Below are positions 9,564-17,439 of a DNA stretch of 64,000 nucleotides, one piece after another. A program made the translations under genes and the position numbers. Position 1 is the first letter of the stretch. The number at the start of each line of letters is the position of its first letter. Source of the stretch: Acidimicrobiales bacterium (GTDB lineage: Bacteria; Actinomycetota; Acidimicrobiia; Acidimicrobiales; SZUA-35); assembly GCA_965216675.1 (NCBI GenBank), contig CBDCGK010000004.1, positions 3,150,061-3,214,060 of the forward strand. The letters run 5' to 3'. The notes under the pieces were generated by a model. That model was not told the DNA's origin, searched no databases, and saw only the letters and a list, made by a program, of their open reading frames with translations.

Positions 9564-9593
9564 CGGCCCGGTCACCGGCGGCCCGGTCACCGG
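9564..9593. repeat. perfect 15-nt tandem duplication (CGGCCCGGTCACCGG x2), each unit containing the palindrome CCGGTcACCGG
   Basis: Read directly at 9564-9578 and 9579-9593. The two units can pair as an ~11-bp GC-rich hairpin downstream of nagB. Confidence 0.8.
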
Positions 9594-9655
9594 CGCGTTC
9601 GCGGGCGAAAGCGGTCAATTGTGGTCGTTGTCACCCGCGAACGCGCAGGGGGTTC

Positions 9656-9687
9656 GGCTAGATAGTGGCTAGATATGTGGCTAGATA
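9656..9687. promoter_or_regulatory. three direct repeats GGCTAGATA spaced 11 and 12 nt apart (candidate protein-binding array)
   Basis: Copies at 9656-9664, 9667-9675 and 9679-9687. This is an AT-richer island between the nagB stop and the Gfo-family gene, and the third copy contains the nagB TAG stop. Confidence 0.6.
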
Positions 9688-10472
9688 TTCTGCCAGTCGG
9701 GTTTGTTGGCGTAGGCGTGACGGTAGTAGTCGGCGTGCGTCAGCCCAACGGCGGCCGCCTCGTCGACCACGATGGTGGCACGAGGATGTAGCTGCAGCGC
9801 GGAGGCCGGCACCATGGCGGTCAGCGGACCCTCGACCGCCCGGGCGATCGGTTCGGCCTTCGACTCGCCGGTGGCCACCAGCACCAGGTGGCGGGCGTCG
9901 AGGATGGTGCCGATGCCCTGGGTGAGCACATGACGGGGGACGGCGTCGACGTCATCGTCGAAGAAGCGGGCGTTGTCGACCCTCGTGGTCTCGGTGAGGG
10001 TCTTCAGCCGGGTGCGGGAGCCGAGCGACGATGTCGGCTCGTTGAACCCGATGTGGCCGTCGCGCCCCACCCCCAGCAACTGGAGGTCGATACCGCCGGC
10101 TGCGGTGATGGCGGCCTCGTACCGATCAGGCGCCGTCTGCAGATCGGATTCGGAGCCGCTGCCGTCGGGGCCGTGCAGGCGGTCGGCGACCAGGTCGATG
10201 TGGTCCGTGAACTCCCGTTTGATGAACGCCCGGTACGACTCGGGATGGTCGGCGGGCAGACCGACGTACTCGTCGAGCAGGAACGCTCTGGTCGACGAGA
10301 AGCTGAGGCGACCCTCCCGACAGGCGGCGATCAGACGCTGATAGGTCGGCAGCGGCGAGCTGCCGGTGGCCAGGCCCAGCACGGGGTTGGGGTGTTCGGT
10401 CACGAGGCGCTCGATGGCCCCCGCCGCGACCTCGGCGGCGACGTCGGCGTCGGCGACTATGACAATTTCCAT
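9681..10472 (-). CDS. nagB: glucosamine-6-phosphate deaminase
   Basis: MEIVIVADADVAAEVAAGAIERLV...LGLATGSSPLPTYQRLI...GIDLQLLGVGRDGHIGFNEP, typical NagB/6-phosphogluconolactonase fold. Starts 4 nt after the nagA stop. Confidence 0.9.
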   Translation of the reverse strand: MEIVIVADADVAAEVAAGAIERLVTEHPNPVLGLATGSSPLPTYQRLIAACREGRLSFSSTRAFLLDEYVGLPADHPESYRAFIKREFTDHIDLVADRLHGPDGSGSESDLQTAPDRYEAAITAAGGIDLQLLGVGRDGHIGFNEPTSSLGSRTRLKTLTETTRVDNARFFDDDVDAVPRHVLTQGIGTILDARHLVLVATGESKAEPIARAVEGPLTAMVPASALQLHPRATIVVDEAAAVGLTHADYYRHAYANKPDWQNI

Positions 10473-10476
10473 GACA

Positions 10477-11664
10477 TCACGATCTCCATGAATCAGTGTG
10501 TTGTGGGTCGACAAGACGGTCGGTGGCGTGGTCGGCCAGATAGGCGATCGATCCGGCGCAGATCGTGGCGGCCACGGAACCGTCGGGCTCGAGTAGGACC
10601 ACGTCAGCCACCGCGCCGGGACGCAGGTGGCCACGCTCGGTGGCTCCGATGACGGTGGCCGGGGTGGTGGCCGCGGCGGTCACCGCCTCGTCGAGCGAGC
10701 AGCCGGTGAAGGCCATCGTGTTGCGCACCGCCTGATCCATGGTGAGGATGCTTCCGGCCAGGACCCCGGTCTCGGTGCGGACGCTGGTGGCGTCGGCGGT
10801 GACGGTGATCCCACCAAGTTCGTACCGTCCGGCGGGAAGACCCATTGCGCCGACGGCATCGGTCACCAGCACCACCCTCGCGGGGCCCTTGGCCCGCCAG
10901 GCGACCTTCACCATCAACGGGTCGACGTGGACGCCGTCGACGATCAAACCCACCGCCACCCGATCATCGGCCATGGCGGCACCGGCCAGGCCGGGTGCCC
11001 GGTGGCTCATCGGTCCCATGGCGTTGAACAGGTGGGTCACCATCGAGGACCCTGCGTCGAACCCGGCGAAGGCCTCGGCCGAGGTGGCCGTCGAATGACC
11101 GGCCGACACGGCGACGCCATCGGCGGTCAGCCGCTCGATGAGTTCGACGGCACCCGGCAGCTCCGGCGCGATCGTCACCAGGGCCACGCCGTTGGGTCGG
11201 GTCCAGCGGGCGGTGATCTCGGGGCTCGGCGCGACCAGGTGCTCGGGCGGGTGGGCTCCGGCTCGTTCGGGATTGAGCATCGGACCCTCGAAATGCAGTC
11301 CGAGTGGTTCGGCTCCCCGATGATCGGCCGGTCGTCGGCTGAGGGCGACCAGCGCGCGATCGGTCACCGTCGCCGGGGAGCTGATGACCGTGGGCAGAAA
11401 TGAGGTGACGCCGTGGCGGGGGAGCAGACGACCGAGCTCCCACATGGTTTCGGGCTCACCGGCCACGTCGAAACCGAACCCGCCGTTGATCTGGAGGTCG
11501 ACGAACCCGGGAGCGACCACCAGCCCGTCGGCGTCGATGGTGGCGATCGAATGGCCTCCATGGCCGTCGCCATCGACTATGCGGCCGTTGGCCACAAGGA
11601 CCGATCCGCCGCCCGTCGACATGCCACTGACGATTCGGAGCCCCTCCGGCACAGCGGTGGTCAC
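10477..11664 (-). CDS. nagA: N-acetylglucosamine-6-phosphate deacetylase
   Basis: VLVANGRIVDG...APGFVDLQINGGFGFDV...HFEGP...AGHS...THLFNAM motifs. The GTG at 11664 overlaps the kinase stop (GTGA); an alternative ATG lies at 11622. Confidence 0.88.
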   Translation of the reverse strand: MTTAVPEGLRIVSGMSTGGGSVLVANGRIVDGDGHGGHSIATIDADGLVVAPGFVDLQINGGFGFDVAGEPETMWELGRLLPRHGVTSFLPTVISSPATVTDRALVALSRRPADHRGAEPLGLHFEGPMLNPERAGAHPPEHLVAPSPEITARWTRPNGVALVTIAPELPGAVELIERLTADGVAVSAGHSTATSAEAFAGFDAGSSMVTHLFNAMGPMSHRAPGLAGAAMADDRVAVGLIVDGVHVDPLMVKVAWRAKGPARVVLVTDAVGAMGLPAGRYELGGITVTADATSVRTETGVLAGSILTMDQAVRNTMAFTGCSLDEAVTAAATTPATVIGATERGHLRPGAVADVVLLEPDGSVAATICAGSIAYLADHATDRLVDPQHTDSWRS

Positions 11665-12605
11665 AACCGCACCCCGTCCGCCACCAGCACGGCTCCGCCC
11701 GTGGCGGCCACCGGTCCGTCGGGCTTCAGGGAGATGCGGTCGGTCAGCGAGAGCGACCGCGCCAGCTCGGACCGGGTCGCAAGGTCGGCCACGCCATCGT
11801 GGATGACGGCCAGAAGCTGCTCGCCCAGCTCGGCGACGCCGCCACCGACCACGATCCGGCCGACATCGTAGGTGATGGTGAGCAGGTAGACCGCTGTGGC
11901 CAGATGACGGCCCAGTAGACGGCGAACTTCCAGGGCGTCGGGGTCGCCGCCGGCCGCCGCCTCGGTCAGGTGTCGAGCCGGTGCGAACCCGGGTGGGGTC
12001 GGCCACAGGCGCTCGATGGCTCGACCCGACGCCATCACTTCGAGGCAGCCGTTCAAACCGCATCGGCACCGGGGCCCTTGCGGATCGATGGGGAAGTGGC
12101 CGATCTCACCGGCGACGCCCGTGTGACCCCGTCGGAGACGGCCATCCAGAATGACACCGGCCGCCACCCCCGTTCCCAGGCTGAGATAGGCGAGGTCGGT
12201 GATCGCCGGGTCGATGAGTTGGCGGGCGCCGAGCGCGGCGACGTTGACGTCGTTGTCGACCCGGCAGCTCACGGAGAACACGTCGGCCACCTTGTCGGCC
12301 AGGTCGAGGGGTCGATTGCCGATACCGAGGTTGACGGCGGCTCGGACCAGACCCTGCTCGGCGTCGACGACACCGGGAACACCGATCCCGATTCCATCGA
12401 GCGGTAGGCGTCCGCTGTCGGCCCAGACCTGATCGACGATGTCGATGACCTGGCCGGCCAAGTGCTCATTGGGCCGGTCGATACCCGTCTCGGTCGCCAT
12501 CCGCGCCTCGGCCAACACGCCGAACCGGAGGTCGAAGGCGACGGCGTGGATCTTCGTCCCGCCGACGTCGATGCCGATCAACGCCCGATCGGATGTCGTC
12601 GTCAC
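11661..12605 (-). CDS. ROK family sugar kinase (GlcNAc kinase/glucokinase by context)
   Basis: LIGIDVGGTKIHAVAF ATP-binding motif and the ROK zinc motif GHFPIDPQGPRCRCGLNGCLE. Start chosen at GTG 12605, because the longer ORF overlaps the upstream permease. Confidence 0.85.
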   Translation of the reverse strand: MTTTSDRALIGIDVGGTKIHAVAFDLRFGVLAEARMATETGIDRPNEHLAGQVIDIVDQVWADSGRLPLDGIGIGVPGVVDAEQGLVRAAVNLGIGNRPLDLADKVADVFSVSCRVDNDVNVAALGARQLIDPAITDLAYLSLGTGVAAGVILDGRLRRGHTGVAGEIGHFPIDPQGPRCRCGLNGCLEVMASGRAIERLWPTPPGFAPARHLTEAAAGGDPDALEVRRLLGRHLATAVYLLTITYDVGRIVVGGGVAELGEQLLAVIHDGVADLATRSELARSLSLTDRISLKPDGPVAATGGAVLVADGVRL

Positions 12606-12642
12606 CGAAGGAATCGGGTCGACGGGTGTCGCCCGGGGTCGA

Positions 12643-13524
12643 TCACTTGATGGCACCGGCGGTGAGGCCGCCGAGGAACTGCCGGGAGAACAAGACATAG
12701 AGGATCACGATCGGCACCATCGCCAAGGTCAAGGCCGCCAACACAGCGTTCCAGTCGGACGCGAACTGCCCGAGGAAAGCCTGGGCTCCCAGGGTCACGG
12801 TCTTGGTGCCCTCGCTCGGAGCGAGGATCAACGGGAACCACAGGTCGTTCCACACCGGCATCATCGTGAACACGGCGACGGCCGCCATGCCCGGTCGGAC
12901 CAGCGGCATGATCAGCCCGAACACCCGGTACTCGCCTGCTCCGTCGACCCGGGCCGCCGCCTTGAGGTCTGATGGAACCTGGCGCATGAACTGGCTCATC
13001 AGGAACACCCCGAGCGGGATGCCCATCGCGGTGTAGACCAGGATCAGCGCCCACAAGGTGTTCACGAGCTTGAGCGACACCATCAGGTCGAGCAGGCTGA
13101 CCGTGCCGAGACGGATCGGGATCATGATGCCGATGGCCAGGTAGAGGCCGAGAAGCGTGTTGCCCGGGAAGTCGTACTCGGTGAGTGCGAACGCCGCCAT
13201 CGTCGAGAACAGCACCACCAGGAACAGCGAGGCGATGGTGACGATCAGGCTGTTGAGGAAGTACTGATCGAACGACGCCGTCTCCAGCACCGTCTGGTAG
13301 CCCTCCAGGTCGAACGTCTCGGCGGTCGGCAAGGTGAACGGCGAGTCGAAGATGGCCTTGCGGGACTTCATCGAGTTGGCGATGATCAACACGATCGGGC
13401 CGAGCGCCAGGAAGGTGTAGGCCAGCAGCACGGCATGCACGCCGAAGCCCGACCAGCGGATGGGCCTACGGGGCGAGGGCTGGGTGGAGGCCGATGTCGA
13501 TGAGGTCGAGGTTGAGGCGGTCAT
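12643..13524 (-). CDS. carbohydrate ABC transporter permease (CUT1, MalG-like)
   Basis: Six hydrophobic segments and an EAA-type loop (SDLKAAARVDGAGEYRVFGLIMPLVRPG). AAGAGGA RBS. Confidence 0.88.
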   Translation of the reverse strand: MTASTSTSSTSASTQPSPRRPIRWSGFGVHAVLLAYTFLALGPIVLIIANSMKSRKAIFDSPFTLPTAETFDLEGYQTVLETASFDQYFLNSLIVTIASLFLVVLFSTMAAFALTEYDFPGNTLLGLYLAIGIMIPIRLGTVSLLDLMVSLKLVNTLWALILVYTAMGIPLGVFLMSQFMRQVPSDLKAAARVDGAGEYRVFGLIMPLVRPGMAAVAVFTMMPVWNDLWFPLILAPSEGTKTVTLGAQAFLGQFASDWNAVLAALTLAMVPIVILYVLFSRQFLGGLTAGAIK

Positions 13525-13533
13525 GGTGTCCTC

Positions 13534-14547
13534 TTAAAGCTCGTAGGTCGTGACCCGGCGCTGCCAGGCGAAGGTGTACAGGAGCACACCGAGAAGGATG
13601 ATGAGGAACATGGCCGATGCCACCGTGGCTCCCATGGCCGGACTGCCGGCTTGCAGCTGATTGCCGAAGAAGCTGCGGTAGAAGAGCGTGCCCATGATGT
13701 CGGAGGCGAAGTCGGGTCCGGCCAGCGCGCCCTTGACGGTGAAGATCAGGTCGAAGGCGTTGAAGTTGGCGACGTAGGTCACGATCGTGATGATGCCGAG
13801 CATGGGCAGGATGAGCGGGAACGTGACCCGCCAGAAGATCTGCCATCCCGTTGCGCCGTCGACCCGGGCCGCCTCGATGAGGTCGACGGGGATGGCGATC
13901 AGCACGGCGTAGAAGAAGATCATCGGGATGCCGATGAACTGCCAGACCGAGATCAGCGACAGGGTCGGGAGCACGGTTTCGGCTTCGCCGAGCAGCGGGG
14001 TGTCGATGATGCCCCACAGGGGGCTGAGGATCTGGCGCCAGATGAAGCCGACGATCACCACCGACAACGTGGTCGGAATGAAGATCGCGGTGCGGTACAG
14101 GGACTGGCCCCGGATGCCCTGGGCGGTGAGCAGCACCGCCAGCAGCAGTCCGACCGGGTTCTGCACCAGGAAATGGAAGACGAAGAAGATGAAGTTGTTC
14201 TTGAGGGCCCGCCAGAACTGATCGGCCCACAGCGGATCGTTGAACAGCGTGTCGAAGTTGGCGAGCCCGACGTAGGACCCGGCGTCGTCGAACAGGCTGA
14301 GCCGCAGCGAATCGATCAGGGGGTAGACCATGAACAGGGTGTAGATGATGACCGCCGGGGCGAGGAACACGAGGATATGAGTGGGGAACCCGCCCGACAT
14401 CGCCGGTGAGGTTCGCCGCCGCCGCTTCGCCGCCCCGGCGGCGGGGACCCGGCGCTTGGGCGCTTCGGATCCCCGCTCGTCGGAAGCCGACTCGGGCGCT
14501 GATGTGGATGATGTCGCCTCGGTGGACGAAGCAGTTGTCTCGGTCAT
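13534..14547 (-). CDS. carbohydrate ABC transporter permease (CUT1, MalF-like)
   Basis: EAA loop IEAARVDGATGWQIFWRVTFPLILP with multiple TM segments. GGAG RBS; an alternative start lies at 14400. Confidence 0.88.
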   Translation of the reverse strand: MTETTASSTEATSSTSAPESASDERGSEAPKRRVPAAGAAKRRRRTSPAMSGGFPTHILVFLAPAVIIYTLFMVYPLIDSLRLSLFDDAGSYVGLANFDTLFNDPLWADQFWRALKNNFIFFVFHFLVQNPVGLLLAVLLTAQGIRGQSLYRTAIFIPTTLSVVIVGFIWRQILSPLWGIIDTPLLGEAETVLPTLSLISVWQFIGIPMIFFYAVLIAIPVDLIEAARVDGATGWQIFWRVTFPLILPMLGIITIVTYVANFNAFDLIFTVKGALAGPDFASDIMGTLFYRSFFGNQLQAGSPAMGATVASAMFLIILLGVLLYTFAWQRRVTTYEL

Positions 14548-14573
14548 CAGATCAGCTCCGATCGGTCGGCCGG

Positions 14574-15977
14574 TCAGCCGGCCGGGGTGTACCAGTTGTC
14601 GAGACCCTCCTGGAGCCGCTGCGTGGCGGCTTCGGGGGTGAGGTCACCGTTGAGCACGCCGGCGCTGGTGGCCCACAGCTCGTTCTCCAGGTTCGGCTCG
14701 CCCCGGGACAGGATCTGGTAGGAGTTGCGGATCGTCGACTCGCACTCGGTGCGCCACGACACGAACTCCTGAGCCACCGGATCGGTCAGCTCGACCGGGG
14801 TGTCCTGCAGGCTGAAGAAGCCGGGCAGGGCGTTGGCGTAGAGGCCGGCGAACTCCGGTGAGGCGACCCAGCTCAGGAAGGTGCGGGCGGCCTCGGCGTT
14901 CGGCGAAGCGGCGTTCAGGCCGATGCCGATGTCGGTGTGGTCGCTGATGTAGCAGGTGTCGCCCGAGGCCGGGACCGGCGGCTTGAACGCACCGAACTCG
15001 AAGTCGGCGTTCTCGTTGAACCCGGCGATCTCCCACGACCCGGTCGGGTAGATGGCGGCCTGGCCGAGCGTGAACAGGTTCTGGGCGTCGGTGTAGACCA
15101 CGGCCGAGGCTCCGTTGGGCAGGTACTCGGACCAGCGGGCCAGCGAGGCGAAGGTGTCGACGTAGGGCTGATCGGTCAGCTTGGCGTCACCGGCGATGAG
15201 GGCGTTGCGGCCGTCCTCGCCGTCCCAGTAGTTGGGGCCGATGTTCTGGAAGCCCATGGTGGCGGCCTCCCACTGATCGGCGGTGCCCATGCCCAGCGGG
15301 ATGTAGCTGCCGTCGGCGGCGATGGCGTCGAGCACGGCGAAGAACTCGTCCTCGGTCTCGGGAACCTCGAGGCCGAGTTCGTTGAAGGCGTCGACGTTGT
15401 ACATGAAGCCGTGGATGACCGAGGCCATGGGAACACAGAACGGGGTGGAGCCGTCATCGGTGATCCAGGCCGACTGGGCGACCGGGCTGAAGTTGTCGAT
15501 GCCGTCGAGGTCGGTCAGCGGGGCGAGGTGGCCCTGGTCGAACAGCTCGAGTGAAGCGTCGAACGGACGGCAGGTGATGATGTCGCCGGCGGTTCCGCCT
15601 TCGAGCCGGGTGGCGAGGGCGGCGTTGTAGTCGGCCGGGGGTGTGGGGCTGAACTCGACGTTGATGCCCGGGTTCTCGGCCTCGAAGGCCGGGATGATCT
15701 GGTCGTTCCAGATGGCCAGGTCGTCGCTGCGCCAGCTTTCGATGGTGACGGTGACGCCGTCACCTGAGTCGCCGTCGGATTCGGCGGCTTCACCGTCGTC
15801 TTCGGCCGCCTCGTCGTCGGAATCGTCGCCGGCGGTATCGCCGGAGTCGCCGCCATCGCTCGACTCGGCCGCCGAGTCGTCGTCAGCGGCTGTGTCGTCG
15901 CCGTCGTCGCCCCCGCAGGCCGACACGGCGAGCGCCAGTGCCAACAGCAGGGCAATCCATGAGATCAATCTCCGCAT
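14574..15977 (-). CDS. extracellular solute-binding lipoprotein of a sugar ABC transporter
   Basis: MRRLISWIALLLALALAVSACGG lipobox followed by an acidic linker and then a family-1 SBP body. AAGGGAG lies 7 nt upstream of the ATG at 15977. Confidence 0.88.
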   Translation of the reverse strand: MRRLISWIALLLALALAVSACGGDDGDDTAADDDSAAESSDGGDSGDTAGDDSDDEAAEDDGEAAESDGDSGDGVTVTIESWRSDDLAIWNDQIIPAFEAENPGINVEFSPTPPADYNAALATRLEGGTAGDIITCRPFDASLELFDQGHLAPLTDLDGIDNFSPVAQSAWITDDGSTPFCVPMASVIHGFMYNVDAFNELGLEVPETEDEFFAVLDAIAADGSYIPLGMGTADQWEAATMGFQNIGPNYWDGEDGRNALIAGDAKLTDQPYVDTFASLARWSEYLPNGASAVVYTDAQNLFTLGQAAIYPTGSWEIAGFNENADFEFGAFKPPVPASGDTCYISDHTDIGIGLNAASPNAEAARTFLSWVASPEFAGLYANALPGFFSLQDTPVELTDPVAQEFVSWRTECESTIRNSYQILSRGEPNLENELWATSAGVLNGDLTPEAATQRLQEGLDNWYTPAG

Positions 15978-15993
15978 TGCGGTTCTCCCTTTC

Positions 15994-16029
15994 GGTGTCT
16001 TCTGTGTCTTTGGTGTCTTCGGTGTCACT
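15994..16029. repeat. four tandem 9-mers (GGTGTCTTC/TGTGTCTTT/GGTGTCTTC/GGTGTCACT) in the 5' leader of the SBP gene
   Basis: Read directly. On the coding (minus) strand these are GTGACACC-GAAGACACC-AAAGACACA-GAAGACACC. Confidence 0.75.
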
Positions 16030-16042
16030 CTGACCACTTCAG

Positions 16043-16080
16043 AATCTTAGTATTGTCATTGAACAAACTAAGATTGTCAA
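16043..16080 (-). promoter_or_regulatory. candidate promoter/operator of the sugar operon: 9-bp inverted repeat AATCTTAGT-N15-ACTAAGATT abutting a TTGACA box
   Basis: AATCTTAGT at 16043-16051 and ACTAAGATT at 16067-16075. TTGACA (minus strand) at 16080-16075. This is a low-GC island between the ROK regulator and the SBP gene. Confidence 0.6.
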
Positions 16081-16134
16081 GGAGAAGTCGATGCTCAACA
16101 CGTCGCCGTGTGCCGCCCGCTGGTGTTCTTGCGC

Positions 16135-17340
16135 TCAGCTGCCGGGAGCGGCCCAGGGCAATCCGTAGTCGCGGTTGAGCACGACGGCCCCCGCCCCGAC
16201 CATGCTCAGCTCGTCACCTTCGGCTGCGACCACCCGGAGGTCCGGTCGCAAGGCCGGCAGCACCCGGGTCTCCAGCGACTGCGCCACCGCATCGGCCATC
16301 GGTTGAGCCGCCGCGCCGGGGTGCATGGCGATGGCCACCAGGGTGACGTCGAGGGCGTGGATCAAGAAGCTCACTGCCGTTGCGATCGCCTCGCCGGCCT
16401 CACCGACAACGTCGGCGACGGCGTCCGTCCCGTAGCGCTTCTCCAGGCCGTCGAGGTTCCAGTCGACCGACGGTGGACGACGGCCGACGAGGTTCCGGTA
16501 GATCATGGGCGACGATGCGATCGTCTCCAGGCAGCCGCGGTTTCCGCATCGACAGTCCGGGCCACCGAGATCGATCACGGAATGGCCGATCTCGCCGGCG
16601 GCCCGGTGGCTGCCGACGTGAACCCGGCCGTCGAGAATGATGCCGGCGCCGATACCGGTGCCGATCTGAATCAGAATGAGATCCGACACCGGCGGATCGT
16701 CGGCCGACGGCGAGCGAAGCAGGCGATCATACACGGCGACCGCTGTGGCCTGGGCGTCGTTGACCACCGTGACCGGCAGGTCCACCGCACGGTGGGTCAG
16801 CTCGGCCAGCCGATGATTGTGCCAGCCGAGGTTGGTGGCCTCGATGACCACCCCGTCGTCACTGATCACACCCGGCGAGGCGAGGCTCACGGCGGAGATC
16901 GGGTGGGGGCTTTCGTCGATCAGCGTCGCCAGCAGGTGTTCGAGATTGTCCTGATGGGCCGATCCGGATGGCGCGGCAAGGATGGGCCGCACCGGGTGCC
17001 CGGCCAGGTCGACCACCGTGCCCACGAAGGGGTCGGTACTGAGATCGGCCACGGCCAGATGGCGACCCGACCGGTTGAGTTCGATGAGCGTCGGCGGCTT
17101 GCCCCCGAGCGAAGGGCCCTGGCCGGCCTCGACCACGAGACCGTCGTCCATGAGGTCGCCGACCAGGGACGAGACCGTCGCCCTGGTCAGGCCGGTGGTC
17201 CTCGCCACCTCCGCCCGAGTCGTGGTGCCCCCGGCGGCGATGAGGCTGAGCACCGTTCTGAGGTTGCGGCGTTTGGTATCCGCCCGCCCGGCCTTGCGAT
17301 GCCCACGGCTCGACCGTTGGAGTGGGGGCGTACTTTGCAT
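16135..17340 (-). CDS. ROK family transcriptional regulator (NagC/Mlc-like)
   Basis: N-terminal wHTH NLRTVLSLIAAGGTTTRAEVARTTGLTRATVSSLVGDLMDDGLV plus a ROK sugar-binding body with GHSVIDLGGPDCRCGNRGCLE. The ATG at 17340 is chosen because its 5' flank is homologous to that of the paralogous regulator at 31108. Confidence 0.85.
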   Translation of the reverse strand: MQSTPPLQRSSRGHRKAGRADTKRRNLRTVLSLIAAGGTTTRAEVARTTGLTRATVSSLVGDLMDDGLVVEAGQGPSLGGKPPTLIELNRSGRHLAVADLSTDPFVGTVVDLAGHPVRPILAAPSGSAHQDNLEHLLATLIDESPHPISAVSLASPGVISDDGVVIEATNLGWHNHRLAELTHRAVDLPVTVVNDAQATAVAVYDRLLRSPSADDPPVSDLILIQIGTGIGAGIILDGRVHVGSHRAAGEIGHSVIDLGGPDCRCGNRGCLETIASSPMIYRNLVGRRPPSVDWNLDGLEKRYGTDAVADVVGEAGEAIATAVSFLIHALDVTLVAIAMHPGAAAQPMADAVAQSLETRVLPALRPDLRVVAAEGDELSMVGAGAVVLNRDYGLPWAAPGS

Positions 17341-17348
17341 GATCACTA

Positions 17349-17376
17349 AACTTACAGCGATGGACCGGCCTGTCAA
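17349..17376 (-). promoter_or_regulatory. predicted promoter of the ROK regulator (TTGACA-16 nt-TAAGTT), ATG 8 nt after the -10 box, no Shine-Dalgarno (leaderless-type)
   Basis: Minus-strand sequence cgTTGACAggCCGGTCCATcgctgTAAGTTtagtgatcATG. Confidence 0.5.
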
Positions 17377-17439
17377 CGATGCGTCGTCGCCCACCGGAAA
17401 TCCGCGCCGGGCCATTGGGCGTCACCCTAGGATTGTGCG

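Noticed and set aside
15978-16037. N-terminal extension MVRVTPKTPKTQKTPKGRTA of the sugar-binding protein (ORF-track start 16037).
   Set aside because: The signal peptide and lipobox begin at the ATG at 15977, which has a good RBS (AAGGGAG). The extension is the translated form of the 9-mer tandem repeat and is better read as 5' leader.
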